A stretch of DNA of 64,000 bases. Source: Squalus acanthias. Taxonomy: Eukaryota. The DNA is taken from the NCBI GenBank assembly GCA_030390025.1, contig CM059432.1, positions 81,532,001 to 81,596,000 of the forward strand, given 5' to 3'. A program made the translations under genes and the position numbers. The notes under the pieces were generated by a model, which did not search any database, was not told the origin of the DNA, and saw nothing but the letters and a program-made list of their open reading frames with translations. This document shows, in pieces, positions 48,531 through 60,399 of this stretch (position 1 is its first letter; every line of letters begins with the position of its first letter).

Positions 48531-49823
48531 TTTCAACTGTGCTGCTGAGCCTGGACAACCCGAGAGATCCACAAGCATGTTTCTCAATTTCCTTTTAACA
48601 GGCTATTCATTTCCTGGTGTTAAGGTGGGATAAAAGGATTTCTTGCAAGTTTGTCGATGTAGCACATTTCCAGGCACTAGATGCTTGTGAAATTAAAATT
48701 TCTGCCTAACACAGACATGACTTAATTCTGTAGTCCTTCTAATTGGTGCCCAGAATGCCTCGTTTAGATGGGTCCCTTGACCTGAAGGCCTATAACAGGT
48801 ACCTGTGATCAATTTTAGACCAACAGCTTGATCCACCTGCACCCAATTGCTTCAGCTTTACTGTGCAGACCAATATCATCTGTATCTAGAACACTTGGTA
48901 ACAAACAGAGCTCCATCCCTCTGATTTTCCCTATTCTGTCCTTTCAGAATCCCTTGTATCCCTTTAATTGAAATTCTGCCTCATAATTTGTATCCAAGAC
49001 TGAGACACTTGTTTTGCATTAGTGGTGCCCTCCTCCTGAGAGGGGCACACAGTGGTATTTGTCCAGGTGGCATTGCGCTCACATCCAGTGCCACTCTATG
49101 TACCCAGATTCAAAACAGAACCATGGGCTCGATTTTGCCAGGCCCGAGGAGGCAGGTTTGGAGGCGTGTGAGGTGTTATCATCACAGAAAATGGCGGACA
49201 GATCCGATCCTGCCTCCAGCCCGCCTCCGAGTAATTTTCCCAAAATCGGGGTTTCAGACCCCGTTTCCATCCCGCCTTCAAGAAGCGGGATAGGCCCTTA
49301 AGGCCCTTAACAACCAGTTAAGTGCCTCTATAATCCCATTTTGAGAGGCCTTTGTGAGTTTAACACATTTCCCCCGTGCTGCACGTCTCCTCTGGAACAC
49401 GCCAGTTAATCCCGGCGGCCTCACAAATGGATGGCTTACTAACAGCTGCAGCTCCACCATTAAAAAGGAGTTTTCAGCAATGATCATTTGCAGGTGGCAG
49501 AACTTTGTTGTCTCAGGTCTGGGGGAACTTTTAGCAAGCCTACTCATTGTTGTGGAAGTTTGGAGCCTGAGACCCATCTCCAGTGTGACCTCCTGGGAAA
49601 CCCCTCTCCCCACCTTGACTGAGCGCTTCCTCAACTGAGGTATATACCTGCAGCATGGGAACCATTTATTTCCTTTCCTCCTGGACATCAGATTCGGACG
49701 AAGACCAGCCGCGGCAGCAGCAGAATCCTGAACAATAGCAGCACCAACAGCAGGAGCAACAACAGGAGCGCCAAGCTGCTGCCTCACCTACCTGAAGCTG
49801 CACAGGCCAGAAGGCGCCAGCGC

Positions 49824-50888
49824 ATGGAAGCACGTCGCCGCAGGAACTACCCCCAAAACAGGGTTTACAGACAGAGGATGAGCTACCTCAACATGACTGA
49901 GCAGCAGTGCCAAAGGAGGCTCAGACTTTCGCGAGAGGTAGTGGGTGACATCTGCGCAATGCTGCAGCAAGACCTGGAGCCCAGAGGAGCGGGTGGACAC
50001 CCCTTACCAGTGGCCGTCAAAGTCACCACTGCACTCAACTTTTTTGCTTCAGCATCATTCCAGGGATCAACAGCAGACATCAACGGCGTCTCCCAGGCGG
50101 GCGCACACACTTGCATCACGCAGGTAACCGATGCCCTCTTTGCCATCGCGCACAATTACATCAACTTCTCCAAGGATCAAGCAAGTGTAAGCGCGCGTGC
50201 GGTTGGATTTGCTAATCTGGCAGGCTTTCCAAGGGTGCAGGGCATTGTTGACTGCACACATGTGGCCCTTAAGGCACCCCATCACAATCCAGGTATTTTT
50301 GTCAACCGCAAAGGCTTCCACTCCCTTAACGTGCAGCTGGTGTGTGACCACAAGAAGGAAATTTTGCATGTTTGCGCCAAGTACCCTGGCAGTTGCCATG
50401 ACTCCTTCATCCTGCGGCAGTCTAGTGTGCCAGACCAACTTTTCGGATGGCTACTTGGAGACAAGGGCTATCCCCTGAAGACGTGGCTAATGACACCATT
50501 GAGGAGGCCATCCAATGAAGCTGAGGAGCGCTACAACTCCAGCCACATTTCCACCAGATCCATAATCAAGCAAACCATTGGCTTGCTGAAGATGCGATTC
50601 AGATGCCTTGATAGATCAGGTGGAGCCCTGCAGTACTCAGCAGCCAGGGTCTCCAGAATCGTCGTGGTCTGCTGTGCACTTCACAACATGGCGCAGCATC
50701 GTGGCTTGCAGCTGCCTGAGGTACAAGTGGCTCATCACATAGCCTCCTCAGATGAGGAGGAGGAGGAGGAGGAGGAGGAGAGCGACAACGAACAGCTTGC
50801 GGAGGCGCATCAACCAGCGGCAGCAGCACGCGAGCACATTGCTGCCCGGGATGCAAGGGATGCACTCATCTTGGCCAGATTTGCTTAG
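49824..50888 (+). CDS. Harbinger DDE transposase (HARBI1-family), 354-aa open frame, third catalytic residue E>K
   Basis: [50 protein letters not shown], acidic tail. Confidence 0.9.
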   Translation: MEARRRRNYPQNRVYRQRMSYLNMTEQQCQRRLRLSREVVGDICAMLQQDLEPRGAGGHPLPVAVKVTTALNFFASASFQGSTADINGVSQAGAHTCITQVTDALFAIAHNYINFSKDQASVSARAVGFANLAGFPRVQGIVDCTHVALKAPHHNPGIFVNRKGFHSLNVQLVCDHKKEILHVCAKYPGSCHDSFILRQSSVPDQLFGWLLGDKGYPLKTWLMTPLRRPSNEAEERYNSSHISTRSIIKQTIGLLKMRFRCLDRSGGALQYSAARVSRIVVVCCALHNMAQHRGLQLPEVQVAHHIASSDEEEEEEEEESDNEQLAEAHQPAAAAREHIAARDARDALILARFA

Positions 50889-51124
50889 CCTGCCCAATCA
50901 AACACTTTTGCCTCGCACCTTCTTACCAGAGCATCGACAATGGCCAAGAACCTGCGGATTCCTATCACTCTGACCACCATACTGACAATTGCAAGTCACC
51001 CTAAGCCCTCAATGTGGTAGTCCCATTTGCAAAATGACACAGGCCACAACTTCAACAGTTTGCCATCAAGTTTTTTATCACAAAGTCACGGATGGCTTTT
51101 CATAAAATAAACACAACAGAACAC

Positions 51125-51424
51125 GGTGGCATAGTGGTTAGCACTGTTGCCTCACAGCGCCAGGGACCCGGGTTCGAATCCGGCCTTGGCTGACTGTCTG
51201 TGTGGAGTTTGCACATTCTCCCCGTGTCTGCGTGGGTTTCCTCCGGGTGCTCCGGCTTCCTCCCACACTCCAAAGATGTGCGGGTTAGGTTGATTTGGCT
51301 ATGATAAATTGACCCTTAGTGTTAGGGGGATTAAATACGTGGGGTTATGGGGATAGGGTGGGATATGTGTCGGTGCAGGCTCGATGGGCAGAAATGGCCT
51401 CTATCTGCATTGTGGGGATTCTGT
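51125..51424 (+). mobile_element. V-domain tRNA-SINE (HE1-like)
   Basis: A box TGGCATAGTGG, B box GGTTCGAATCC, V core TGTGTGGAGTTTGCACATTCTCCCCGTGTCTGCGTGGGTTTCCTCCGGGTGCTCCGG, CR1-like tail; TSD GAACAC. Confidence 0.92.
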
Positions 51425-51451
51425 GAACACCCAAGTGACACTACTTGTGCT

Positions 51452-52497
51452 TTATCTTCCTCTTACACGTGGTCCTACGTGGTTCTTCCCCTGTGGCTTC
51501 AGCAGATGTGAAGGCCCCTTGCTCACTTTCTTGCTGCTCCTGCCTCGACACCTTTGGCGGGAGTCCTCTGGGGTTGCGAACCTGTGAGGGCTCGGCAACA
51601 GTCTGCTGCTCCTGCGGCTGTGCAGGGGCTGAGATGCCGATCTCAGTTGGGTGAGCACTCTGGTAGGGCTCTGCAGTGGCATGGTCATGTGAGTGCTTGG
51701 AGAGGAGCCCCCACTTCCTTGTTCTCTGCCACCAACATCCCTCTCATGGGTCAGCCCCACTTCAGAGCTAGAAAGTGGCTTGACAGCACCTTGCTGCACA
51801 TCAGGGGGGCCATGAGGACCTGTTTCTGCACTGGAAGTACGACTGCAGAGGACTTCCATGAAGGTCTGGTTTGTATGCTCAATAGCTGACCATTGCTCCT
51901 CAAGAGATGTCAGTCTATTCTGAACAATGACCATGTTTTCAAGACCCTGGCGACTGGCTGTAGACATCCTCTCCTCTACTGTAGCCATCCTCTGCTCTAT
52001 GGTAGTCAACCTTACCACGGAGGTAGCCATCCTTTCCGTGGTGATGCGTTCATGCGCCAATGCCTCCACAAAGGCTCTGCTCATGTTAGCGATGGACTCC
52101 TCCATTCGCTCCACACTCGCAGCGACCCTGGAGACAAAACCTGCTAGAGACTCCTGCACCTGTTTCTGGAGTCCCAGCACCGCTCTCCTTCTGGATGGAC
52201 CCGGAGGCACAGGGTCGACATGCAGTGAGCTGGGAGAGTCCTGCGCCCTCCGACGAGGACTCTCCACTGCTGTCCCTGTCTCCACCATCTGCTGATGCTC
52301 ACTTGTGAGCTGTGATACACCAGGTGACAACTCTACTCTATGTCCCGAAGGTCCCACCGAGGTGTGAGTGTCTGCGCTGGTGCTAGGTGCGCTTAATTCT
52401 GCTGATGCTGTGCCCTTAGAGATTGCAGCTTCCTCTGAGGAGTCTGGGGGCTCAGGCTGTTCCTCCTGGACAATGGGGAGGGGGTCTGTTGATGGTC
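51452..52497 (-). pseudogene. Last exon of the Harbinger accessory (Myb-like) gene, still open
   Basis: Acceptor CCCCCACAG at ~52498; PSTSADT motif, coiled-coil-like region, basic tail; upstream Myb exons not found. Confidence 0.7.
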
Positions 52498-52582
52498 CTG
52501 TGGGGGAGTAAAGGAAAGAGTTAGACATGTGAGATAAACGTTGCATGCACATTGAATTGTGCAGATGATCATAAGTCAATCT

Positions 52583-53732
52583 ATCGATCGACAGTTCCGA
52601 CGGGCCACAGCGAAAAATCGCATAGACCTCCTCAGAAGGCAAACACGGGACACAACCAACAGGGTACCCTACGTCGTCCAGTACTTCCCCGGAGCGGAGA
52701 AACTACGCCATGTTCTTCGCAGCCTTCAACATGTCATCGATGACGACAAACACCTCGCTAAGGCCATCCCCACGCCTCCACTACTTGCCTTCAAACAGCC
52801 GCCTAACCTCAGAAGTACCATCGTTCGCAGCAAATTACCCAGCTTTCAGGATAACAGCGACCACGACACCACACAACCCTGCCACGGCAAACTCTGCAAG
52901 ACATGCCAGATCATCAACACAGATACCACCATCACATGTGAGGACACTACCCACCAGGTACATGGTACATACTCATGTGACTCGGCCAACGTTGTCTACC
53001 TCATACGTTGCAGGAAAGAATGCATGGTACATCGGCGAGACCATGCAGACACTGAGACAACGTATGAACGAGCACCGCGCAACAATCGCCAGGCAGGATT
53101 GTTACCTCCCAGTCGGGGAACACTTCAGCAGTCAAGGACATTCAGCCTCGGATCTGCGGGTAAGCGTTCTCCAATGCGACCTTAGGAACACACGACAACG
53201 CAAAATCATCGAGCAGAAACTGATAGCCAAGTTCCGCACTCATGAAGACAGTCTCAACCGGGATCTTGGGTTTATGTCACGATACATGACGTGATCCGGA
53301 CTCGAGTCGTCGTTGGCTTGTTCACAGATGTGATTCCCAGTAAAAAAGTAAAAATTTTAAAGCTTATCGTTTTACATACAGACGGCAGCTTTTGACACGT
53401 TAGACCCCCTGCGACTCCACCTCATTGTCTCAGTTGTATCTTGCTATGTCTTTGATGTGGTACCTTCCTGGCTGACCTGATTAACTTTATCACACCTCGG
53501 CAGATAAACAGTCAGGATGATTTAATTTAGTTGTCTGCAATTGTAAGGTACACATGCATTGTTCTCTATCTATATATGCTTTGGCGATTCTGTATCTCTT
53601 TACTTCACCCGACGAAGGAGTAGTAAGCTCCGAAAGCTTGTGATTTCAAATAAAACTGTTGGACTATAACCTGGTGTTGTGCGAACTCTCAATTTTGTCC
53701 ACCCCAGTCCAACACCGGCATCTCCGCATCAT
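52583..53732 (+). mobile_element. 5'-truncated Penelope-like element (Cys-rich linker, GIY-YIG, pLTR; Neptune-like)
   Basis: PCHGKLCKTC, NVVYLIRC, [frameshift] WYIGETMQTLRQRMNEH, LNRDLG. Confidence 0.95.
53605..53643 (+). ncRNA. Hammerhead motif with core mutation (CCGACGA)
   Basis: TCAC-CCGACGA-A-GGAGT AGTAA GCTCC-GAAA-GCTT-GTGA. Confidence 0.75.
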
Positions 53733-53809
53733 TCCCACATGAAGACAGACAGACAAGCAAACTTAATTCACAGTCAGTCCTGCAAGTTGTCATCTGTCTC
53801 AACTACTGA

Positions 53810-54420
53810 TCGAATTAACACTCAATGCCAGGATCCTGGGAAATAGCTAACATATGGGTGATGATGCTGTGTTCATTACAGACTACCAGCACATTCACAC
53901 GGCACAACTCTTTGCATTTATGGAATAGGATTGGGCTCTCTTGAGGTGTATTTATTACTCTCAGGACTATGGAGCAGCCAGTCATTTTATAAAAATATGA
54001 ATTTTCTGATGCTGCTCCCTTGTTTCTGGAAAATATATGCCAATCTCCCACCCTATGCAAACAATCAGTATGCTAGCTTGGCTGAGGCCTGTAGTAAAAT
54101 CTGCAGGAGCCTGAAATTTGCCAGAAGCGTAGAAGGTATGAGCAGCTTTAACATTAAGTAGTACTGGCAACAGCAGTTCACTAAATAATCTGTTTCTAAA
54201 TCAGCCTTCAAATCCTGACGGAAGACAAGAACTGTTTGCTTTGACAACCAAAGTCACAGGAGACGTTGGTTGTCTGTCAGGTCAGGAAATCTTAACGAGA
54301 GTTTATAACCCAGTAGTAGAATATCTCTACCTCTGTGACTGTTCTGCACTCATCTTATCTCAGCATCAATAATGAAACTGCATTCGGTGTGATGTGAACT
54401 ATTTAGTACAGGCCCCATTA
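53810..54420 (-). pseudogene. Old degraded Harbinger transposase
   Basis: VKAAHTFYASGKFQ..GLSQ, RVNVLVVCNEH. Confidence 0.7.
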
Positions 54421-54639
54421 GACCTTTGAGAATAAAATGAAATTAGAAGTGATCGTAACAAAAGCCAAGTTCATTTGTATGAGAGTTTAAAGCACTACTT
54501 CATACATAAGCCCCAAAATTGTGAGACTGTTCTTGGCACAGAGGTTCGCTTGAAGGAAGCACAAATTAGAGCATTGGTCTGCATGCCCCATTCGCTCCAC
54601 TCCTGATGTTATGGTCATTAAAATTAAGGCACCAGCATC

Positions 54640-55478
54640 CCAGTCATGGATTAAAGATAACACTTGCCTCTAAATCAGGATTATGGGTTCAAGTCCCACT
54701 CCAGACACTTGAGCACATAATCCATGCTGACACTTCAGTGCAGTACTGAGGGACTGCTGCACTGTCGGAGGTGCTGTCTTTTGGATGAGAGGTTAAATCA
54801 AGGCCTCTGTCTGTCCTCTTGGGTGGATGTAAAAGATCCCATGCACTATTTCGAAGAAGAGCAGGGGAGTTCTCCCCATTATCCTGGCCAATATTTATCC
54901 CTCAACCAATATCACTAAAACAGATGATCTAGCCATTTATTGCACTTCTGTTTGTGGGACCTTGCTCTACAAATTAGCTGGGGAGTTCTCCCAGGTCCAA
55001 GCCAATAATTATCTCTTGACCAACATAACTATAAAGAGATTATTTGGCCTTCATCTCATTGCTGTCTGTGGGACCTTGCTATGTGCAAATTAGCTGCCAC
55101 ATTTCCTACATTTCAACAGCAACTACATTTCAAAAAGTACTTAATACGTCTTTCGGATGAGACGTTAAACCGAGGCCCTGTCTGCTCTCTCAGGTGGATG
55201 TAAAAGATCCCATGGCACTATTTCGAAGAAGAGCAGGGGAGTTAACCCCGGTGTCCTGGCCAATATTTATCCCTCAAACAACCTCACTAAAACAGATTAT
55301 CTGGTCATTATCACATTACTGTTTGTGGGAGCTTACTGTGTGCAAATTGGCAGCTGCGTTTCCCTGCATTACAACAGTGACTATACTTCAAAAAGTACTT
55401 CATTGGCTGTAAAGTGCTTTGGGATGTCCGGTGGTCGTGAAAGGTGCTATATAAATGCAAGCTAATTCCTTCTTTCTT
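54640..55478 (+). mobile_element. Cluster of Deu-domain SINE copies (near-full, partial duplicate, 5'-truncated copy)
   Basis: B box GGTTCAAGTCC; GGATGTAAAAGATCCCATG core twice; tail AAAGGTGCTATATAAATGCAAG. Confidence 0.88.
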
Positions 55479-56854
55479 TACTCCATCAAAGTGGGAGTTC
55501 ACCAAGTGTCCGTCCCAAGAGTGAGGTTTGGCAGGCTATTCAACTGTGGGAAGCACTACAACCAAGTTTGATCCTGTTCTCATCTGACCTGCATGATTTT
55601 CCACAGGAGTCAGGAAACAGAAATCAAGAAGTAGGTTCATTTTCTTCTCCTGTTTTCAAAGGCAATAAGCCCTATGGTAGCTTCCTGCCATCCTGCCTGA
55701 AATCAGCTAACTCAGTACAAACTGTATTTCAAACCTAAGATCTCTCTGATCTGTATGGCTCAGCACCAGATCACATGGTTCATTCGCCTACTAAGGTATT
55801 GTCATTTACCCACTGAGACCATTTGCTCTGTAATGAAAGACCAAAACAAAGAATCATTGGAAGAATTTGAGGTACAGCTGATATTGCAATGTATTATTAC
55901 AGCAGCAGTCAATATATGGGCTTTCAGCTGAGTTTATAAAGCAGATTATTCCTAGTTGTTCCATAAACTTGATACGTGGAAAAGAACTTCTCACTGCAGC
56001 AACAGTGGCCTTGTTCCATGCTGCCATTTAGCTATACATATAATTAAATATAAGCTTTCTGTTTTTATAATCGCTGACACAAGTCTTTGGATTCAATCGC
56101 TCCCTTTCCAAGTTCACATTATCAACCTTGGAGCCATTTAGAACTTTCAGTACTTTTTCCAGTCCCCTGACAGCAGATCTGTAATTACTGGACAACCATC
56201 TTTGGATGCAATCTAAACAAACTGAACCACCTTGGCAAACGTACATATTTTAATCCAATTCTAGCTCTGTTAGTTAAATTTGTGAATGTTGCCTGCACAC
56301 TAATCTATTGACAATACAGCCCTATTTGAAAAACGTAATTTTTTCAGCTAAAGTTTTCTTAAAGGGGCAACGTCCTGAATTTAGTATTCAATGAAAAAAT
56401 AAATTTATCAGTGGATATTCTACATAAAACAGTGGCCTGTAATTTGCAGTCAGCGGCGAAGCAAAGGCGTTCGCCGTTGGCCCCGAAGTAAGCTTCGCAC
56501 AAAGATCTCGTGATCTCTGTGTCGCGAAGTTAGACTTTTCCGATGGACAGTTAAAATCAACGTAGCTTAGTGGAAATCCCATAGTGCGAGTTGCAAGGAC
56601 ATCAACAAGCTGTCTAAGCAGCCAATCACAATGCAGAATTCGCACAGACAGGGAACCAGGAAATAGAAAGCACTAATAATCAATAACTTTTTAAAAAATT
56701 ACAAAGAGTGAAATAAAGATTGGGACATACACATTGGGTTAAGGTAGAAGCTGAAATATCATGAACAAACTTTATAAAACATATTTTTATTAATTTTAAA
56801 ATCTAATAATTTTTAACTTAATGGAGAAATTTGACATTCCAGAAATATAAAATT

Positions 56855-57242
56855 AGCATATATAGATAGAGAACAATGCATGTGTAAGTATCTACAGAGA
56901 TGCAAGAAAGCAGACAAGATCCCGAAAGGACTACAGATACACGTTAGACCCCCTGCGACTCCACCTCATTGTCTCAGTTGTATCTTGCTATGTCTTTGAT
57001 GTGGTACCTTCCTGGCTGACCTGATTAACTTTATCACACCTCGGCAGATAGTCAGGATGATTTAATTTAGTTGTCTGCAATTGTAAGGTACACATGCATT
57101 GTTCTCTATCTATATATGCTTTGTCGAGTCTGTATTTCTTTACTTCACCTGAGGAAGGGGCGATCGATAGCTCCGAAAGCTTCTGATTTCAAATAAAACT
57201 GTTGGACTATAACCTGGTGTTGTGCAACCTCTCAATTTTGTC
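56855..57242 (+). mobile_element. Solo Penelope pLTR with short 5' inversion
   Basis: 56939-57242 nearly identical to 53395-53700; 56855-56886 is the exact reverse complement of 57089-57120. Confidence 0.9.
57145..57186 (+). ncRNA. Hammerhead motif, core intact, one stem I mismatch
   Basis: TCAC-CTGAGGA-A-GGGGC GATCGATA GCTCC-GAAA-GCTT-CTGA. Confidence 0.75.
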
Positions 57243-60200
57243 CTCTGATAATGCCATTGCCTCTTTAAGCAGCATCAGGTTTTATCTGCTGCTGCTGCAC
57301 TGGGTTTCGCCCCCTTTCACACCACCCCCCCCTCCCGGCCCCCCGCCCCAGCTTCTAGCGATTTCCCAGCCCCCTCATCACTCCTCCCCCTGTGGCTCAG
57401 GCATTGGTGAAGTTTGGGTGGCCATAAGTAAAGTCCCAATTCATGGACCATAATGTTCAAACAAATGCGCCTGTGCAAGCTTCTTTTTTAGTTGCCCTAG
57501 AGCTGTGGGATCTGTCTTGTGATATAAACAGGATGAATTTCACAACACTGGAAGACGAGGGTGTATAAAAACTATACCTCTGAGGTGCTTATAAGAGAGA
57601 ACGAAATGAAAATATGGACTCGTTTACTATCCTACTAATGCTAATTAACAATAACAAACTGGGAATCAAAACTTAGCTTCTTGGTAGAAGAAATATTTGG
57701 GACACAGAGACAAATAAATGGGTCATAGTCTCGACCACTGACATTTATTTATTAGGTGGTGTGCAAAACCTCATGCTGCTCAGGGTGGCCTAGAAGCTGT
57801 AGCAGTGGAGCATTGCTGCTAACCGCAAGGCCTGAATTTGGATTCCAGCCTAAGTTCACATTTGCAGTGAATGGGTAGGTTTTGCTAGTTCTTGGCTGGG
57901 CTGTTGGATAAAACCCAATGATTCTGTCGAGTGCTGCATCTCTCGGGGGAGGAAGACCAACTGGCACGAACTGTCCCGCCCCATAGAAGCTTGCCTCCTG
58001 CTGAGTGATCATTAAGCACCATTGACAGCAGTGATAGAGAGCTCTATAGTTAGATGGTTCTGCCTAACTAGTGCTGCAACCTAAACAGAGATAATTAGGA
58101 AAGAATCACTTTTAATTTTAAAATATATTATTGTAAAATAAGTACATTAAATAAATTCATAATGCTATTACACACAGCATGATTGATTTGCTTCTGGAAA
58201 AACATTCTACAAGTCTGTCAGTCTGGATTAGTCAAGCTCCTTTGCATAAAGGCAAGTCTTTAGTTAATACTTTTTAAATGAAAATTTTGTAGTTCAGGAG
58301 CCATAAATGGCAGGTATGTTCGTAAGACGAGGCACTTAAACAATCATCTCCTGATGCTGGTTTGAAACTAGTTCCAAAGCAAATAGATTTGAATCAGCCT
58401 GGTGTAAATAGTCTGATTCAAATCCCTGTTGGTCTCCTGTTCTTCCTGGCACGCCAGTGCGTGCATCAAGCAGGTAACTTGATAGCGTCCGGCATAACTC
58501 CAGATTGAGGGCAGAGAGAAGTGTAAACTTTAGAGAGATAGAATTCAGCCTAACTGAACAGATCACTGTGTTCCTGGGGTAACAGTGAATAGGATATGAT
58601 CAACGACCAGAAATACATTAGTGCCAAGATCTGTTGTTTGACAGTTTGGCTTTGAAAGGGCAGAAAGGGCTGTTGACACTGGCTGTCAATGACCTTGCAG
58701 CACTGAGAGAAATCTTAATCTCTTTATTCATGTGGAGATGAGGGTAGGTTTCATCTTCCAGCTCACATACTATGTATGAAGTCAGTTGCTAGGCTTTCTT
58801 TGAGGTTCATTTCCATGTGCCTCAATCATTTGAATGGTTGAGTTCTGGAACCTGGATTGTTTTTAACAGACATAGTCATTCTTTCCCTCTGTTTGAAGAG
58901 ACATGGCAACCTTGGTGGGAGGAGTAGAAAGGGCATGAATTTGATTAAATCAGCAACACTCCAAAACTGGGACTGTCAGTGCTAAAATGTAGGCTGTGAG
59001 AATTGTAAGTTCGGTACATATTAGCTATCTGAAATTTAGAAATGTGTCAGGAAAATACGGCACCAGATTTGTCCAGTTAGCTCTTTACATTTCTTAAAAG
59101 AATAACAAAAGTAAATACCTGCTGCTGTTGATCAGGAGAGTCCATTTTTAGAGGTACTTTTGTGAAGTTACTTTAAGCAAGCTGTGCGTAGATGGCAATA
59201 TACCAGTTTGCTACCTGTATTTATTTTTTACAATTATGTTACTGTAACTATGCTGTTGTAATGGTTCCATAATTTATCAACCCTTTGAGAAAAGGAATTA
59301 TCTTTGACCTTTTCAAATCACCATGTTTTCAGTCAGAAATGTTGTCAGTATTTGTTATAAAATTCTGACACTTGGTGTGAAACAGGATTACATGCAACAC
59401 AGAGATTTACAGAATATGTCAGGCAGGATCTTTGTCATATTGTGGAGAACAAAATAATCTTAGATTGTTAGAATTTTCTATGTGTGTGTGTATATTGAAT
59501 GGCAAAAGGTCAATATGATCAGGTTTTGTGAGTCGAAAGACTATCCTTCATTTTGTCTGTGGTTTCTGTGAAGGATCAGTGCATTCTTGCAAAAGATGAA
59601 AATGTTCTCCAGGCCCCCAAGGTGACAGGAAATTTGAGTTCATATAAGTTGATCGAAGCAAATCAAAACTATTATTTGACCATCGCTTTCCCAGGGGCAT
59701 TTACTACTACAAGAGTAGTGCTGATTCAAAGTGGTTTCACTTCTAACCTACAGTAAGATGAGGGCTCAATCTAACTCAAGAGTGAAACAGAGTTATACAT
59801 CCAGGGTATATTTACACTACAGGTTTAGCGTTGTTATGAAGTGGTTTCTGCTTCGCAACAATGCTAAACTTGCATAATGTAAATCCTGAGTCTAGTCAAC
59901 TTGATTCCAGGGCTCAGAACTTATGCATATTTTGAAGTGATTTGGGGGCATAATTTGAACCTACTGGCATTTTTGGGGTGCATTCTGGAATGGGACCGTT
60001 TCTACTGAGTAACCGCCAAGTAACAGCTGCACTGGTGCTTCTGGCGCTACCTGGCGTTGTCCATGGATGTGCTCGCCAATGCTGCTGCAAGATCATTAGC
60101 AAATATTGGCATATATTACAATGAGAATGACCAGCGTTGTGCCCAAAACCCATGCTGTGCGCCCAGTGCACCAAGGTCATTAATGACAAGTTGAAAGAGG

Positions 60201-60399
60201 TGCACCTGTTGCCAGCGTCAGCAGCGACTGGTGGAAGTGCTTTACTTTGGAGCCTGCAGTCTGAGGAAACCTTGACGAGTGATTGTTTGAGTTGCAAAAG
60301 AATTTTGGAATTTTTAATTTTATTTTTCACATCACCAGTACTTTGCTAGCCTGTGGGCATTTGAGACCCACTGGGAAATGTTTCCACCTCCACAGAAAG

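Larger units (their letters stand above)
49125..52580. mobile_element. Harbinger transposon (transposase-side TIR present, other end not found)
   Basis: Starts GGGCTCGATTTT; subterminal similarity to MITEs 20184 and 45511; convergent transposase and accessory gene. Confidence 0.9.

Noticed and set aside
49824..50888. Host HARBI1 gene
   Set aside because: Lies in a TIR-bearing element with related MITEs and paralogous decayed copies; transposon-encoded
51125..51195. tRNA gene
   Set aside because: tRNA-like head continues into a V domain and LINE-derived tail, so it is a SINE
51452..52642. 396-aa ORF as a single gene
   Set aside because: The first ~48 codons run through antisense Penelope and intron sequence; only the part after the acceptor at ~52498 is plausible exon
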